This document shows positions 48,551 through 61,672 of a stretch of 64,000 nucleotides of DNA, piece by piece (the first letter of the stretch is position 1; every line of letters starts with the position of its first letter). The notes under the pieces were generated by a model, which made no database searches, had not been told where the DNA came from, and worked only from the letters and a program-made list of their open reading frames with translations. A program made the position numbers and the translations under genes. Source of the stretch: Lama guanicoe (taxonomy: Eukaryota); contig MU053472.1 of assembly GCA_013239625.1 (NCBI GenBank), positions 186,001 through 250,000 on the forward strand, read 5' to 3'.

Positions 48551-50247
48551 GTTAGTGCTTGGCTTATTTTTTTTCTCTTTATTTAATTTTTGTTCAATTA
48601 GAAAAATACAGTATGGTTACACACATAATGTACGGCCATTTGTCAGTTGATGGCATTCAGGTTGCTTCCAGGTATTTGTGATTATAAATATTGCTACAAT
48701 AAAGATACTTGTACATACATCTTTTTGTACAGCTGCTATTGTTTCTGTAATTAGCATCCCAAAAGTAGACTCACTGGATGAAAGGGTCTGCACATTTCTT
48801 TCTTTGAACAGATAACTGCAAAATGACTTCACACAGCCATGTTGATGCTGGGTAATAATTTTTTTTTTTGCCAATCTAATGAGTGAAACTATTTTTTATT
48901 TATATTTTCTTGATAACTGGTAAGGTAGAACATCTTCTTGTATGCTTTACTGGATATTTACATTTCAAGTTTGTGAATTGTTTGTTTTCACTCTGCCTAT
49001 TTTTCACAAGGTTTTTTCCTGTACTCGATTGTAGGGGTATTTATCTTTTCCGTTGTCTGTTACACCTATTGAGTTTACTAGCCATTTTTACCTTTTTAAT
49101 AAAGCAACTAATTACACTTTTTAAAAATTATACAATGATGAAAAGTAAATTTTCTTCCCATTCTTTTATCTCTAGTCCCCTGTTTCTCCAGAGGCAACCA
49201 CTGTTAATCAATTTTTTATGTATTTTTGTAGAGATAGTCTATTCACATGTATTTATACCCCCTTTAAAAAAGACATGAATGATAGTGTACTTTATATGCT
49301 GTTCTGTTCTGAACCTTCCCTCCTTCTTCCCTCTTTATTAAAACAACAATGTATCTTGGAGATTGTTTGGAATCAGTAGGAAGTGCACAGCCCTGTTCAT
49401 TTTAACACAGCATAGTATCACATTGTATGTTCCATAATTGATTTGACAAGTTCCTGTGTTGTGAATATTTACTTGTTTACACACTTTTGCTGTTAGAGTG
49501 TTGCAATAAACATCCTTTTACTTTCTGGGCTACAAAGAAGTTTAGTAAAGCCTTCTACCGAGATGATTAAAAAAAATAGATCTGATACCTTAAGAAAAAG
49601 ATTCAAATAGTAGGCAAGCAGAAACACATAGATATGCTCTCTAATTATTTAGCAACAAATTTGTATAGACATACATAGTTTTAATTGGAAAATTCACAGT
49701 CTTGTGGCTTAGTGATGATTAATGCCAACTGTCTCATAAATGGGAACAGAATTTTATTTTTTTTTAAGTCATTTCAATTTGTGGTGCCCACCAGCAATGT
49801 ACAAGAGTTTTCTTTTTCTGTATTTGTCTACTCATGTATTTTGCACCTTTTTTCTATTTTATTCTTCTGTTTCTTCTTAATTTATTAGGCCTTATATATA
49901 TTAAGGAAATTAGCTCTGTTCTAGCATATTATGTTTACAAATATGTTTTCTAGCTTGTCACATGTCACTTATCTTCTTTATCTTTTTTTTTCCATTTTAT
50001 ATGTTAAACTTATCTTTTCCTTTATGGTTTTTTGTTTGTTTTGTTTTTGCCTTCTAAGCATTAAGCTTATTTTTAAAAAATTCTCCCATGTTTTCTTACT
50101 TGTAGTTCTCATTTTGTTATATTGAAATCTCTGACCCTCTTAGACTTTATTTGGTATAAGGAATGAACAGGGAACTAATTTAATTTTTTTTCCACGTGGC
50201 TAGCAAATTGTCCTTATATATTGATAATCCATCTTCTCCCCACTGGA

Positions 50248-50417
50248 TTTTTTTTTTTTTTTGGAGTGATTTATTTACATAATTAGTTTGGTGGGAGACG
50301 AGATTTGTTTAGTTACTTATTAACTTATTTTTAGAGAAGGTACTGGGACCTGAACCCAGGACCTTGTGCATGGTAAGCAGGCACTCTACCACTTGAGCTA
50401 TACGCTCTCCCCTCCCC
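50248..50417 (-). mobile_element. Vic-1-like SINE in DDX52 intron 2
   Basis: Poly-T then ...ggtactgggacctgaacccaggaccttgtgcatg..ctctaccacttgagctatac..cccctcccc. Confidence 0.85.
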
Positions 50418-50699
50418 AGGGGATTTAAATGCAACTTTTATTGTAAACTTATTTCCCATCTCTCTTTGGGCTCTATCCTGTTTCATTGATTAATATTTCT
50501 GTGTTCATACACCAATAGCAGCTTGTTTTAATTAATGTGGCCTTATAAATTCTAGTAAAGTGGTGTGGCATACCATGTTTATTGATTGGGTGACTAGATA
50601 TTTTCTCTGTAAAGTGATCTATAGAGCCAGTGCATACTTAGATTAAATTCCAGTAGGCTTTTTTGGTAGAAATTGAAAAGAATTTTTTTAATTAAACAT

Positions 50700-51240
50700 G
50701 CGCATCACGTGGCCTGTTTCCACTCCTAGAATTTAACCAAGAGAAAGGAAAACCTATGTCCTCACAAAGACTTGTACATAGGTGTTCATAGTGGCTTTGT
50801 TTGTAATAGCCCCCAAACTGGAAATGACTCAAGTATCCTTCAACAGGTGAAGGATAAATTGTATATCTCTATAATGGACTACTACCATAAATTAAAAGTT
50901 TAAAATTATTGATACATGCTCCAACATGGATAAATCTCAAAATAACTATCCTGAGTGAAAGAAACCAGACTAAATTTAGTACATACTGTATGATTCCATT
51001 TAAATAAAATGCCAGGAAAAAAAGCTAATTCATCTACAGTGACAGAAAACAGGTTGTTGCCCAGGGATGGAGTGATGCATTATAAGGTACCACGAGGAAG
51101 TTTTGGAAAATGATGGAAATAACCTTGAATGTGGTGATGGCTTAACAGGTGTATATGTATGTCCAAACTCCTCAAATTATATACTTTAAATATACAGTTT
51201 ATTCTGTCAGTTATGCATCAGTGAAGTTGAAAAAAATTTA
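50700..51240 (+). mobile_element. Old L1 (L1ME/MC-type) 3' end in DDX52 intron 2
   Basis: cacaaagacttgtaca.a.gtgttcatag..gctt..tttgtaatagccccaaactggaaa, caacatggataaatctcaaaa, tactgtatgattccattta. Confidence 0.75.
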
Positions 51241-51824
51241 AAAGAAACTCCAGAAGTAGTCTTTGCTCATTATTCTTAGAATTTTTTAGGTATTCTTACA
51301 TATTTATTTTCCCAAGTAAATTTTAAAATCAGCTAGTCCCGTTACTAAAACAATCCTATCATTACTTTTCATTGAATTAGTGTTATTTATAGGTTTAGTG
51401 AGAATTTTTTCTCTTTATAATATTGAGAAGTCCTTAAGTATTGAGTTGTGGTCCTTGCTATTAAAAGTGAAATCTTTTCTTATGTCATAATTATTTTCTA
51501 GCTGGTTGTGGTTTGGATGTAGAAAAGCTGGATGTGTCATCGAAATCTCCTATTGTTTAACTAGTTTTTTAGTTAATTCCTTATTGTTTTCAAGTATACA
51601 GTCATGTACACATTACACAGCTGAGATAACTTAAAAAGAGTGTGAGCTCAGAGCTTTCATTTTACCAACACAGAGCTTGCCTCTCTTTTCCCAGTTTTTA
51701 TGCCTCCCATTACTTTCTTTTATCAGGTTGTGTCCGCTAGTACTTTTTTTTGTTTGTTTAGTATGAAGGTATGGCTAAAGATGTTGCACTTAAAATCTTT
51801 TAATTTTTTAAAAATATATTTTAG

Positions 51825-51955
51825 AGATGATTTCTCAAGAAGAAGTTTCTACTATACAATGGATATCATCTGTGGAAGCAAAGATTGAAGAGAAAAAAGC
51901 CAAAAAAGAAAATAAACTAACTTCAGGAAAGTTGGAGCAGCTCAGGAAAGAAAAG
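51825..51955 (+). CDS. DDX52: DDX52 exon 3 (131 nt)
   Basis: ttttag|[46 protein letters not shown]; donor AAG|gttaga; phases join exons 2 and 4. Confidence 0.92.
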
Positions 51956-52544
51956 GTTAGAAAAACGTCTTTGCCCCAGGAGTTTTTCTGACCATCGTGG
52001 TGTCTGCTGCTCTCCTGCCGAGTTGCAGATGGGGAGTATTGTTCATCTCACTTCAGTAATCCCGCATCCCAGATTTGACTGTCTGGATCAGAGAATAGGA
52101 AACAAACCAAATCAACATCACTTGACTCTACTTTTGGCACTAAATTTTAATAAGTAAAACATTTAGGGTAGAACATTAAAAAGCATTGGCACTTATGTGC
52201 TAAATGCTGCAGAAAGAAAATAGATCGATTCAGTGCCTGCCCTCTAGAAGTTTATATAAGATTATGACTATGACAGTAGCACATTAATATGAATAGCACG
52301 TTATTCATGCTATTGACACATTAATATGAAGAAATCTGGATTGATAGCTTTCGCTGTTATGAAGGTCTTCCATCTGTGAAAGGGCATGAATTATACCTAG
52401 TATTTCTATCTTTTAGGGCTTGAAATTTAACCAGAAAGTTTCATAGGCTGCTAACGCTCATCCCAGAAACTGTTACTGTTGCTTTACAACATCTAACACC
52501 GTATTTGACCATATCCACGGTGACTCCTTTATTTCTCTTTCCAG

Positions 52545-52730
52545 ATAAACTTCTTGCGGAATAAACATAAAATTCATGTCCAAGGAACTGATCTTCCTGA
52601 CCCAATTGCTACATTTCAGCAACTTGACGAGGAATATAAAATCAATGCTCGACTGCTTCAGAACATTCTAGATGCAGGCTTCCAGATACCTACACCAATC
52701 CAAATGCAAGCCATTCCAGTTATGCTGCAT
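52545..52730 (+). CDS. DDX52: DDX52 exon 4 (186 nt), Q motif
   Basis: ctttccag|[27 protein letters not shown]...[18 protein letters not shown]; donor CAT|gtgagt. Confidence 0.97.
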
Positions 52731-54338
52731 GTGAGTATGAAGGTCTAGAATGTCTCTTGACATTCCTCGTTTGTATGTGCGTGTGTTTATTTCCTTCCCT
52801 TGTTGAAATCTTCCTTTCTACTTATCACCTCCTGTTGAAAACTTCCCTGCTTTTAAGGTCCATCTCTAATGCCTGTGCCTTCTTAAAACTTGTCGTGATC
52901 ACTACCGGTAGATGTCATCTTTTTCCTTTACCAGAACTCTCTCCCCTACCACCCAGTTCTCCATGTATTTTCTTTTTCTTGTAACATTTATCTTACATTT
53001 TGTCTTACACTGCCGTTTTTTTTATTAATTATATTTATCTTTTCCATTTACTAAGCGTGTTAACCCTCTGAGGCTAGGGTATATATTCTGTTTATCCATC
53101 CATGATGTAGCTTATAATATCCAGGAATGATTTCAGAAATACAGAGTTCTTGTACATAACCTGACTTTATTTTTTTCCCAGTACTTTTTATTATTGAAGT
53201 ATATGTAAGTACCAAGAAATACATAAATTTTAAGTGCGCAGTTCAGTGAGTTTCAACAATGCATACCCTATGTATCCATCACCCCCGTGAAGACGTGTAA
53301 CATTCTGTCACTCCAGACAGTTCTCTCATGCCCTTTCTGTTTAGTCCTAACCCCACCCCACCCAGAGGTAAGCACTTGGTTTCTATTGCCATGTGTTGGT
53401 TTTATCTCTCCTAGAATATCGTGTAAGTGGAATCATTCATTACCTATTCCTTTTATTTTCGGTTTCTTTCACTATATACTATTTTTGAGATTCATCCAAG
53501 TTGCATATATCAGTTTGTTACTGAGCAGTATTCCCTTGTATGAATACACCATAATTTGTTTATGCACTGTTGATAGAGGTATGAGTTAACTTAGATTTTT
53601 GGAAATTAAATTTTTCTGAGGTTTCTTTTTGCAGTGATGAGAGCTGACATTTTTCCCTCCACATAACGAAGGATGGCCTTCAGTTCCGGTTGCCAAAGAA
53701 CACGAGTGCCCTCCTCATCCATACTAACCTTTTCCATTTCCTTTGGGAACTAGAATGAGCATATATTTGAATGACGTTGGCTGACGTTATAGTGGATTCA
53801 CTTTTAATTCTCATGTAAGATTGCGTCTGTGGTGACCTAAGCTTTAAGCTAAGAGCACAGTACCTTTTGAAGATTGTCACCTATAAATGACTCTGTCACT
53901 CAGGTTATCACCACTTTTTATTTCTTACCCTTAGGCATTCTGTTACATATTAAAGCCTTCCATAAGGGTAGAGCAATGCAGTCATCAGGACAAAAACTTG
54001 GTTTTGTGGTTTTCCTTTGATAAAGAGGTTGAGGGGGGAGAAAAATGAAAATAATGAAAATAATTGAGGTGGTCAGTTATCTTTGGACTTTAGTTATGCA
54101 CTTTCTTTATCCAGTTCAAATGAACTTTAGTGATAATGCTCAGAAACTCCACTGGGGCAGTGGTGTTGAGGACGGATGATGTTAGAAAAGTGAATATTGA
54201 AGATGTTAGAAGAGTGATGGGAATGTGAGTGATTGAATTTATTGTGTATAATTTTGTTATTTTTATGGCTGGTAGCGTTATTTGACCAGGCTCTGCAAAA
54301 TTTATGTACTCTTCCTTTTCTTAACATACTGTTTTTAG

Positions 54339-54482
54339 GGTCGAGAACTTCTGGCTTCTGCTCCTACTGGATCTGGAAAGACTTTAGCTTTTAGCATTCC
54401 TATTTTAATGCAGCTGAAACAACCCACAAATAAAGGCTTCAGAGCCCTGATTATATCACCAACACGAGAACTTGCCAGCCAG
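54339..54482 (+). CDS. DDX52: DDX52 exon 5 (144 nt), motifs I and Ia
   Basis: tttttag|[21 protein letters not shown]...[10 protein letters not shown]; donor CAG|gtatga. Confidence 0.97.
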
Positions 54483-55156
54483 GTATGACTTGTAGCTTCT
54501 GAAGAGGATGTGTTTGTATTTGCTCCAGTCATCTTTCTTATTTGAGGGTAATAAAAAGGTCTCAAGAGAGTAAGGCCCGTGTCTTTGTCGTGGTCAGGTA
54601 TTCTGTAGAAAACACACTTCTCTGTATCGTACTGCATATTAGCAGGTCATTTTAAGTCTTGTAATTTTCTAAAACACGATGATCTTAACAATAATACTTT
54701 GGTATAAGCTCTTCCTTAAAGTTGGAAGGATATTGTAATATATACTTCTCTAAAACTTATTTTTCTCACCTAGAAAAATGAAACCTCATGTCAGTTTTTC
54801 AGAAAGTAGAACTATACAGTGGTCTGCTCCACCCTCCCAATGAGCTTAATATAAAAAGCATGCCAAGTATGAAATAGTTTGTAACAGTACTGCATTCAGA
54901 AAACAATGTGTAACGGAATGGAAGAGTTTTGATTTTATCTCTTAGAACTAGTTTATTAGACCTGAAGAAGCTACTGAATCTTTTTAGGCATTCAGGTTCC
55001 AAAATGCTGAGATTCCAGGTTAATTTACAGATTATTAAGGGTTTAATTTCAGAAATTCATGGGTTGATAATAGATTTATTTTGTTAATAATGAAAAAGAA
55101 ACTGTACACTTTATCCAAGTACTTTAGCAGCCGGTGTTAATCATTTTCTGTTTTAG

Positions 55157-55268
55157 ATTCACCGAGAGTTAGTAAAAATATCTGAGGGAACAGGATTCAG
55201 GATACACATGATCCACAAAGCAGCAGTTGCTGCCAAGAAATTTGGACCTAAATCATCCAAGAAATTTG
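55157..55268 (+). CDS. DDX52: DDX52 exon 6 (112 nt)
   Basis: ttttag|[40 protein letters not shown]; donor TTG|gtaagg. Confidence 0.96.
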
Positions 55269-55432
55269 GTAAGGGGTTCATCCTTGAGGTATAGAGCTTA
55301 TAAGGGATTTGGAAATTACAAATATCCTAATTGCCACCTAAAAGTTTTTAAAGTGTAGTTAGTTTGATTTTTAGAGAAGCTGGAAGAGCTCTCCTCCCCA
55401 CTCCCATCCAGTAGTTATACCCAAATATATAC

Positions 55433-55667
55433 CAGTGGTTCTCAACTAGGCGTGATTTTGCCCCTTACCCCCATGTCACCCTCCACCCCAGAGATCTGTG
55501 GCAGTATCTGGAGAAATTTTAAGCTGTCACAGCTGGGGAGGGGTGCTACTAGTATAGGAATAGAAGCCAAGGATGCTATCAAACATCCTACAATGCACAG
55601 GACAGCCTCCAGCAACAAAGAGTCCATCTGGATCAAAATGTCAGTAGTGCCAAGGCTGAGAATCCCT
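55433..55667. mobile_element. MER20 (hAT-Charlie MITE) in DDX52 intron 6
   Basis: cagtggttctcaac..gtgattttgcccc...gccaaggatgcta.caaacatcctacaatgcacaggacagcc...caaaatgtcagtagtgccaaggctgagaatccct. Confidence 0.85.
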
Positions 55668-56062
55668 CCTTTATTCTATTGATTTTTAATCTGCTTTATT
55701 TGTCTTTTATCTTGATCATCGGAGTAAAACTGCATTGAAGGAAAGTATTTTCCTGAAAAACAGACACATGTTTGAAAAGCAAACTAAACTGTTGGATTAT
55801 AACGTTCTTGTCTCTTAGAAGCTGAGAAGGCAGATCAAATATAAAAAAGGAGAGTACGGATATAGTCTGTGCTATGATGGATTAAAAAATACGTATGTTA
55901 GCTTACTGATAAGGAAGAACTTTGTGTTGTCGGGGTAGCACGTATACCCACTCCCCATGCTCCCCACTTGAGGTTGTTAACTGCAACTCAGGAGGCTTAC
56001 TCACCTAGTTCAAGAGGGATGAATCTTGTTTTTGCAATTTTTACCATTTGTTTTTCCTATAG

Positions 56063-56135
56063 ATATTCTTGTGACTACTCCAAATCGACTGATCTATTTA
56101 TTAAAGCAAGATCCTCCAGGAATAGAGTTAACAAG
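56063..56135 (+). CDS. DDX52: DDX52 exon 7 (73 nt), motif Ib
   Basis: ttcctatag|[26 protein letters not shown]; donor AAG|gtacag. Confidence 0.96.
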
Positions 56136-56634
56136 GTACAGATAAGGTTATGTCTTTTATGTGTGTTTTTCACTTAGTTGATTGTATTTTGTCCTCAATT
56201 ACTTGAACTTCCCTTTGGAGCTTGCTATCTGCCAACTTCCAGTATTGGTACTGAGAATAATGGTTTTCATTAAACTCATAGAAAAGTAACTATCTGGTCT
56301 GGAAGAAGGTCAACAGAGTCTGATAAGCAGGTAGTGCAGAATTCCCCTAGAAATTTTCACATCTTTCAGCAATGGTGATGGAGTTCATAAGGTTTTTGTA
56401 AAACTCTTTATGTCGTTGCTAATGGAGCCTCATATCTTTGAGGCTGATGGAATAGGTACACTAATTTATGTTTGTATTGTTTTTACCTCTTTCTTGCTTA
56501 TTTTTCTTTCTGGTATAATATATGGATCTGAGAAGTATCACCGTGGTTTGACTTCTTCATGTGTCCCCACAATTTAGTGAAGTGTCTTGGATCCTTCAGT
56601 TCAATACCCCTAAGTTTTTTTTGTTATTTCTTAG

Positions 56635-56838
56635 TGTTGAGTGGCTGGTAGTAGATGAATCAGATAAACTGTTTGAAGATGGCAAAACTGGGTTCAGAGA
56701 CCAGCTGGCTTCCATTTTTTTGGCCTGCACATCCCACAAGGTCAGAAGAGCTATGTTCAGTGCAACTTTTGCATATGATGTTGAGCAGTGGTGCAAACTC
56801 AACCTGGACAATGTCATTACTGTATCCATTGGAGCAAG
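56635..56838 (+). CDS. DDX52: DDX52 exon 8 (204 nt), motifs II (DESD) and III (SAT)
   Basis: ttcttag|[26 protein letters not shown]...[14 protein letters not shown]...SIGA; donor AAG|gtaatt. Confidence 0.97.
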
Positions 56839-57985
56839 GTAATTGTTTTTCCACGTAATCCCACTGATTTCTTGTAAAAATGCAAGTCATTATTTTAGAC
56901 TAAAGGAGATAGGTTGTGTGGCCTAAGATTAGTACTGGAGAGGATTTTACTGAAAGAAGCATATTATCTAAAGTCAAGATTGATTAAGGATTTTCTCTTT
57001 TAGAGTACTCCAAAGGAAGATTCTCATACTGTCATGTGAATCTTCCTGACATCATGCTTTTAGTTGATTTTTCCCATCTAGAAATTATGATGTGAGCTCT
57101 GTAGCCACCAAAAGGGTTTAATTTCTTTAATGACTTAACGAAGTAGGGGCACAGAGAAGGAAGCTGATGTTACTGAGCCACTTGATTTATAATTCCTTTT
57201 AAAAAATATTTTGGGGAGCATTTATGCTAAATGGATAGAAAAAAGTTTCAAGAGATTATATTGCCACTTGATAGACTATAATGCAACCGATGAAATGGTA
57301 AGAGTGAAGATTGTAGCTATATGAAAAAGTGCTTGTAATAATACCATGTTAAGTAAAAAAGAAGCCACATGGAACAGTAAAGAATATCTTCTCTACTTTA
57401 AACTTAAAAATCCTGTGTATAAAGAGAAAACAGAACAAATTCACCATTAATATAATTGTAAAGGCAGATAACAGAATGGAAAAAATATTTGTGACATAAT
57501 ACAATGTATCGCAATGGCTTATGGACTGTTAAGAAACCCTTAAGATATCCTCCTCCAACTGTCTATAAATAAACCTTTGCTAATCATTAAGAAAAAAATT
57601 TAGCCATATGTGATAACGTTCTCATTTTACCCAGTAATTTTATTTTTAGAAAGATTTTGTAAGTAAATAATTAGACACATGAAAATTTATGACTAGAACA
57701 CAACAGAATGTCAAAGTTTATTCTAAAATGTTAGAATTGTGGGCAGTTCATTTTATTGTTTAATATCTTTTAAAAATTTTCTTGAGATAACGTTTTCATA
57801 ATCCAAACAAAACATTTAAAAATAACAACTTTGTCTTTAAGTTAAAATATAAATAATTAAATACTTATATTGACAATGAAAAAGTTTATTCTTTTGGAGT
57901 TGTGTGTAAATTTCTTCATTGATTTAGAATTCTGGGGAAGACAAAAATTGGCTCTTGCAAACTACAAGGTATGTTTTCTTCTCAG

Positions 57986-58076
57986 GAATTCTGCCGTAGA
58001 GACTGTAGAACAGGAGCTTCTCTTTGTTGGCTCAGAGACTGGAAAACTTCTGGCCATGAGAGAACTTGTTAAAAAG
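57986..58076 (+). CDS. DDX52: DDX52 exon 9 (91 nt)
   Basis: ttcttctcag|[32 protein letters not shown]; donor AAG|gtataa. Confidence 0.96.
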
Positions 58077-58329
58077 GTATAATTTGGACTACATTCTTGA
58101 ATTTTGAGAAAGTTCACCAAGCCTTATATTACTAGTGGAGGCTTGAGTGCTATTCCTGTATCATATTTAGTAATCCAGTGGTAAACCAGTAAGTACATTG
58201 GCCAGCTCTTGTCTCAAAGGGGAGAGGCTCACCTTTTAGAGGATAGTAAGTTTTCTATTCCCAGCTTGGGGTAGGCTAGGAAAAGACCCACCTGATGCCC
58301 TGGAAGCGTCCTTTTTCCACATCTGCATA

Positions 58330-58796
58330 CAGGCAGACCTCGGAGATACTGTGGGTTTGGTTCCAAACATGGAAATAAAGCCAGCATTGCAATAAAGCGA
58401 GTCACAGGAATTTTCTGGCTTCCCAGCGCATGTAAAAGTTATGTTTACATTATGTTGTAGTCTGTTAAGTGTGCAATAGCAGTATGTCAGAAAAAGCAAT
58501 GTACGTACCTTAATTAAACAATGCTTTATTGCTAAAAAATGCTAACCATCATCTGAACTTCCACAAGTCATAGCAGTAACATCAAAGATCACTGTAACAA
58601 ATATAATAAATGAAAAAGTTAGAAATACTGTGTAAATTATTAAAACTAAAAAATTATTAAAAAAGACATGAAGTGAGCAAATGTGCTGTTGGAAAAATGG
58701 TGCCAATAGACTTGCTTGATGTAGGGTTGCCGCAAACCTTCAGTTTGTAAGCAAAACAAAACACAGTGTGAAGTGCAGTAAAACGAAGAATGCCTG
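58330..58796 (-). mobile_element. Internally deleted Tigger1-derived element in DDX52 intron 9
   Basis: TA|caggcagacctcggagata... at one end and ...aaaacgaagaatgcctg|ca at the other (Tigger1 TIRs); both Tigger1 ends present, transposase missing. Confidence 0.85.
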
Positions 58797-59654
58797 CATA
58801 AATCTGCCCCCTTAACCTCCCCCCACCCCCTGCTGGTTTCTTACAGAACTGGGGCACTGTAGAATGAATACGACACTGCAGTGTGGGGTTTTGTTTTATT
58901 AATGAGTTAATACTTAGTAGTTCTTGGCACATAATAAATGCTATATGTGTTAGTTTTACTAATGTTCTTAAGGAATTCATTTGTCAGGAAATTTAAGGTT
59001 TTCACAGATACTCACATGGGATTATACATCAGGGATTTTTAGCCTTGTATAAGCTTGAGGAATTCTGTGAACCTTTTGAAATTATACATAAGATTTTGTG
59101 TGGATGTGTGGGTAGAAAGCTTTGTAGCTTCATTAGCCTCTGAAAGGGTGTGTGGAAAGGGTTTGGGGGGGTTTGATAGTATAAATATAAAAATCATTTA
59201 TTTAGAGCTGGTTGTTGATAATTGAGATTTTATATAACTTGGTAAGATTATATTGAGAGAATTGAGAACCAAGGACTAAGCTTTGGTGGAATACCCACAA
59301 TTAGGATAAATAACGTCTTAAAATGAAGTTACTATATTTTAAGAAGAAACAAAAAAGTTCTGAGGCACAGAAGCAAAGAGATAATTATTTCAAGGAGTGG
59401 ATGCCCATTGCTGTAGAAAGTGAAGAGGGATTACTTAGATGAGATTATTGAGATCAGCAAGATGGAGAGTACATTCAAGTTGAATGGAAAGAGTCCATTG
59501 TAGAGCATGGATGGTGAGGAAGAAAGAGGCAGATTTAGATCACTGGTCTAGGAAATTTGGCGATTTCTAAATACAATTGTCATTTTGTGAACTAAAATCA
59601 TACGAAATACTGCAGTTATATTCTTTTCTATGGGTTATGTGTGCTTGCTTTCAG

Positions 59655-59777
59655 GGTTTCAATCCACCAGTTCTTGTTTTTGTTCAGTCCATTGAGAGGG
59701 CTAAAGAGCTTTTTCATGAGCTCATATATGAAGGTATTAACGTGGATGTTATTCACGCAGACAGAACGCAGCAACAG
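59655..59777 (+). CDS. DDX52: DDX52 exon 10 (123 nt), motif IV
   Basis: ctttcag|[44 protein letters not shown]; donor CAG|gtaaag. Confidence 0.97.
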
Positions 59778-59908
59778 GTAAAGTCACATGTATACTTTCA
59801 AAGCCATAAAGAATAACTAAATTTTTTAATTGGCATTAAATTTATGAAGTATTTGTTTTCCATTCCTAGAGTGGTACTAAAACATTTCATATATGTTCTG
59901 TTAACCAG

Positions 59909-60059
59909 AGAGATAACACAGTCCACAGCTTCAGAGCAGGAAAAATCTGGGTTCTTATTTGTACAGCCTTGCTGGCCAGAGGGATTGATTTTAAAGGTGT
60001 GAACTTGGTGATCAACTATGACTTTCCAACCAGCTCAGTGGAGTACATCCACAGGATAG
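59909..60059 (+). CDS. DDX52: DDX52 exon 11 (151 nt), motif V and start of VI
   Basis: ttaaccag|[53 protein letters not shown]; donor TAG|gtgagt. Confidence 0.97.
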
Positions 60060-60225
60060 GTGAGTTGTGTGCCCCAGCCCCTCAGTCGTCTGCCTTAACA
60101 ACTCTGCTCTTCCCTTCAGCTTGCTCGTTTTTCAGTGCTGTGAAAATCCAGTGAGTTTTATATGTGAATCTTGAAAGTCTCATTCCCCCAAACAAGTTTT
60201 TAATTTATGGTCTGATTTCTCTTAG

Positions 60226-60301
60226 GGCGAACTGGAAGAGCAGGGCATAAAGGAAAAGCTGTTACATTTTTCACAGAAGATGATAAACCATTATTAAGAA
60301 G
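60226..60301 (+). CDS. DDX52: DDX52 exon 12 (76 nt), end of motif VI
   Basis: ctcttag|GG; GRTGRAGHKGKAVTFFTEDDKPLLR; donor AAG|gtaaat. Confidence 0.97.
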
Positions 60302-61600
60302 GTAAATTAGGAGAAATAACTTAGTATTAAGTTGGCAAAATTGATTCATTATACTCATACACAATTAATGGATAATTACAAAATGGCTGTGTTTCAAACT
60401 CTGTTATGATATTAATCAACCACATTTTAGCTGTGAGAAAAAGAAAAATGATCAAAGGCCTTGTTTTTGCCCTTCGATTATTAGATTTGGAAATATTCAC
60501 AATGGAATTATTTATTAAGTTTCAGACTTGCCGAATTCTCCCGCTAGCCATCAGTTATTACTTACAATGTAATGTTAAGGTTTTTGGAGTAATGAATAGT
60601 TCAAAGTTAACCCTGAGTCTCTTTAGCCCAGTCAGAATGATCTCTTACTATGATGCGTTCTTCCCATTACTCTTAGGGGCAGATGGAGTGTTATATTTAG
60701 TCCCAGGATCACCTGTCGTGTAGGAAGAATTATTTTAGTAACACACCCCAGTATTACTCAATTGTAGCCCCTTGAAGCCTGGGTAACTTATGACAGATAC
60801 ACTTTTAGAATCTCAAGTCTTAATTCAGCCCATCATCATAGATTTTAATATAGAACTTCAGTGTCCTACATTTTGGTTGCCTATAGAAATTTTAGGCTGA
60901 TGATAATTGACAACACTTCACATTTGTGACAAATGAAATTGAGTTATGGATGGAGGCAGTTTGTACTTTGATCTGTGTATCAGTTTTGGCAAAGATTTTG
61001 ATTTGTGCCTTCTGAGGCTTGGCTCTGTCAGCCTTGGTTATGCTTTGAGCAGACTTCCACATGATGGGTAGCAGGGGTATATTCCAACAGCCTAGATTCA
61101 CCTAAGTTCTCCTCAGGGACTGCAAGCCTGTGAATCTGATGAACCCCATTTCAGTGTAACTGCATCTAAGTTTTGCATCTGGGAAATGGGGATAATGATA
61201 GATTTACTACAGAGGGTTGTAAGGATTGAGGAAGTTACTATACATGAGAAGCTTGAGACAATGCTAAGCCCATAATAAGCACTATCATTTCACAAATTTA
61301 AGTTTGACTCTGACTTTAGTCAGTGTCTCATTCAAGACAGGGCCTAGTAGCTTTTTCGGGCTTGATGAATGTTGAGTAGAAATAAGCTGCTGTCTAAAAT
61401 TATTCATCAGTGCATTGATTTCAGTCCAGCGGACAGTTCTCTCCATAATCCAATGTGATTGCATCTAGTGATAATTGACAGTATATCAGAGTACTTTCCT
61501 GTTTTTGTATTTTAGTTGTTCTTGTATTGTGCAAAGGGTTTAAGTACATAAACATCAGTCTGACAAGATACAAGTTTATATTTATGGATGTCTTTTTCAG

Positions 61601-61672
61601 TGTTGCCAATGTTATACAGCAGGCTGGATGTCCTGTACCAGAATACATAAAAGGTTTCCAAAAACTACTAAG
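61601..61672 (+). CDS. DDX52: DDX52 exon 13 (72 nt)
   Basis: tttttcag|[25 protein letters not shown]; donor AAG|gtacag. Confidence 0.96.

Noticed and set aside
6192..50417. tRNA-Ala(AGC)-like sequences as real tRNA genes
   Set aside because: Acceptor stems are broken, they carry A-rich tails and TSDs, and many diverged copies are present, so they are SINEs.
55137..55149. HNF1-like site GTTAATCATTTTC
   Set aside because: It coincides with the branch-point/pyrimidine tract of DDX52 exon 6, which explains the sequence.
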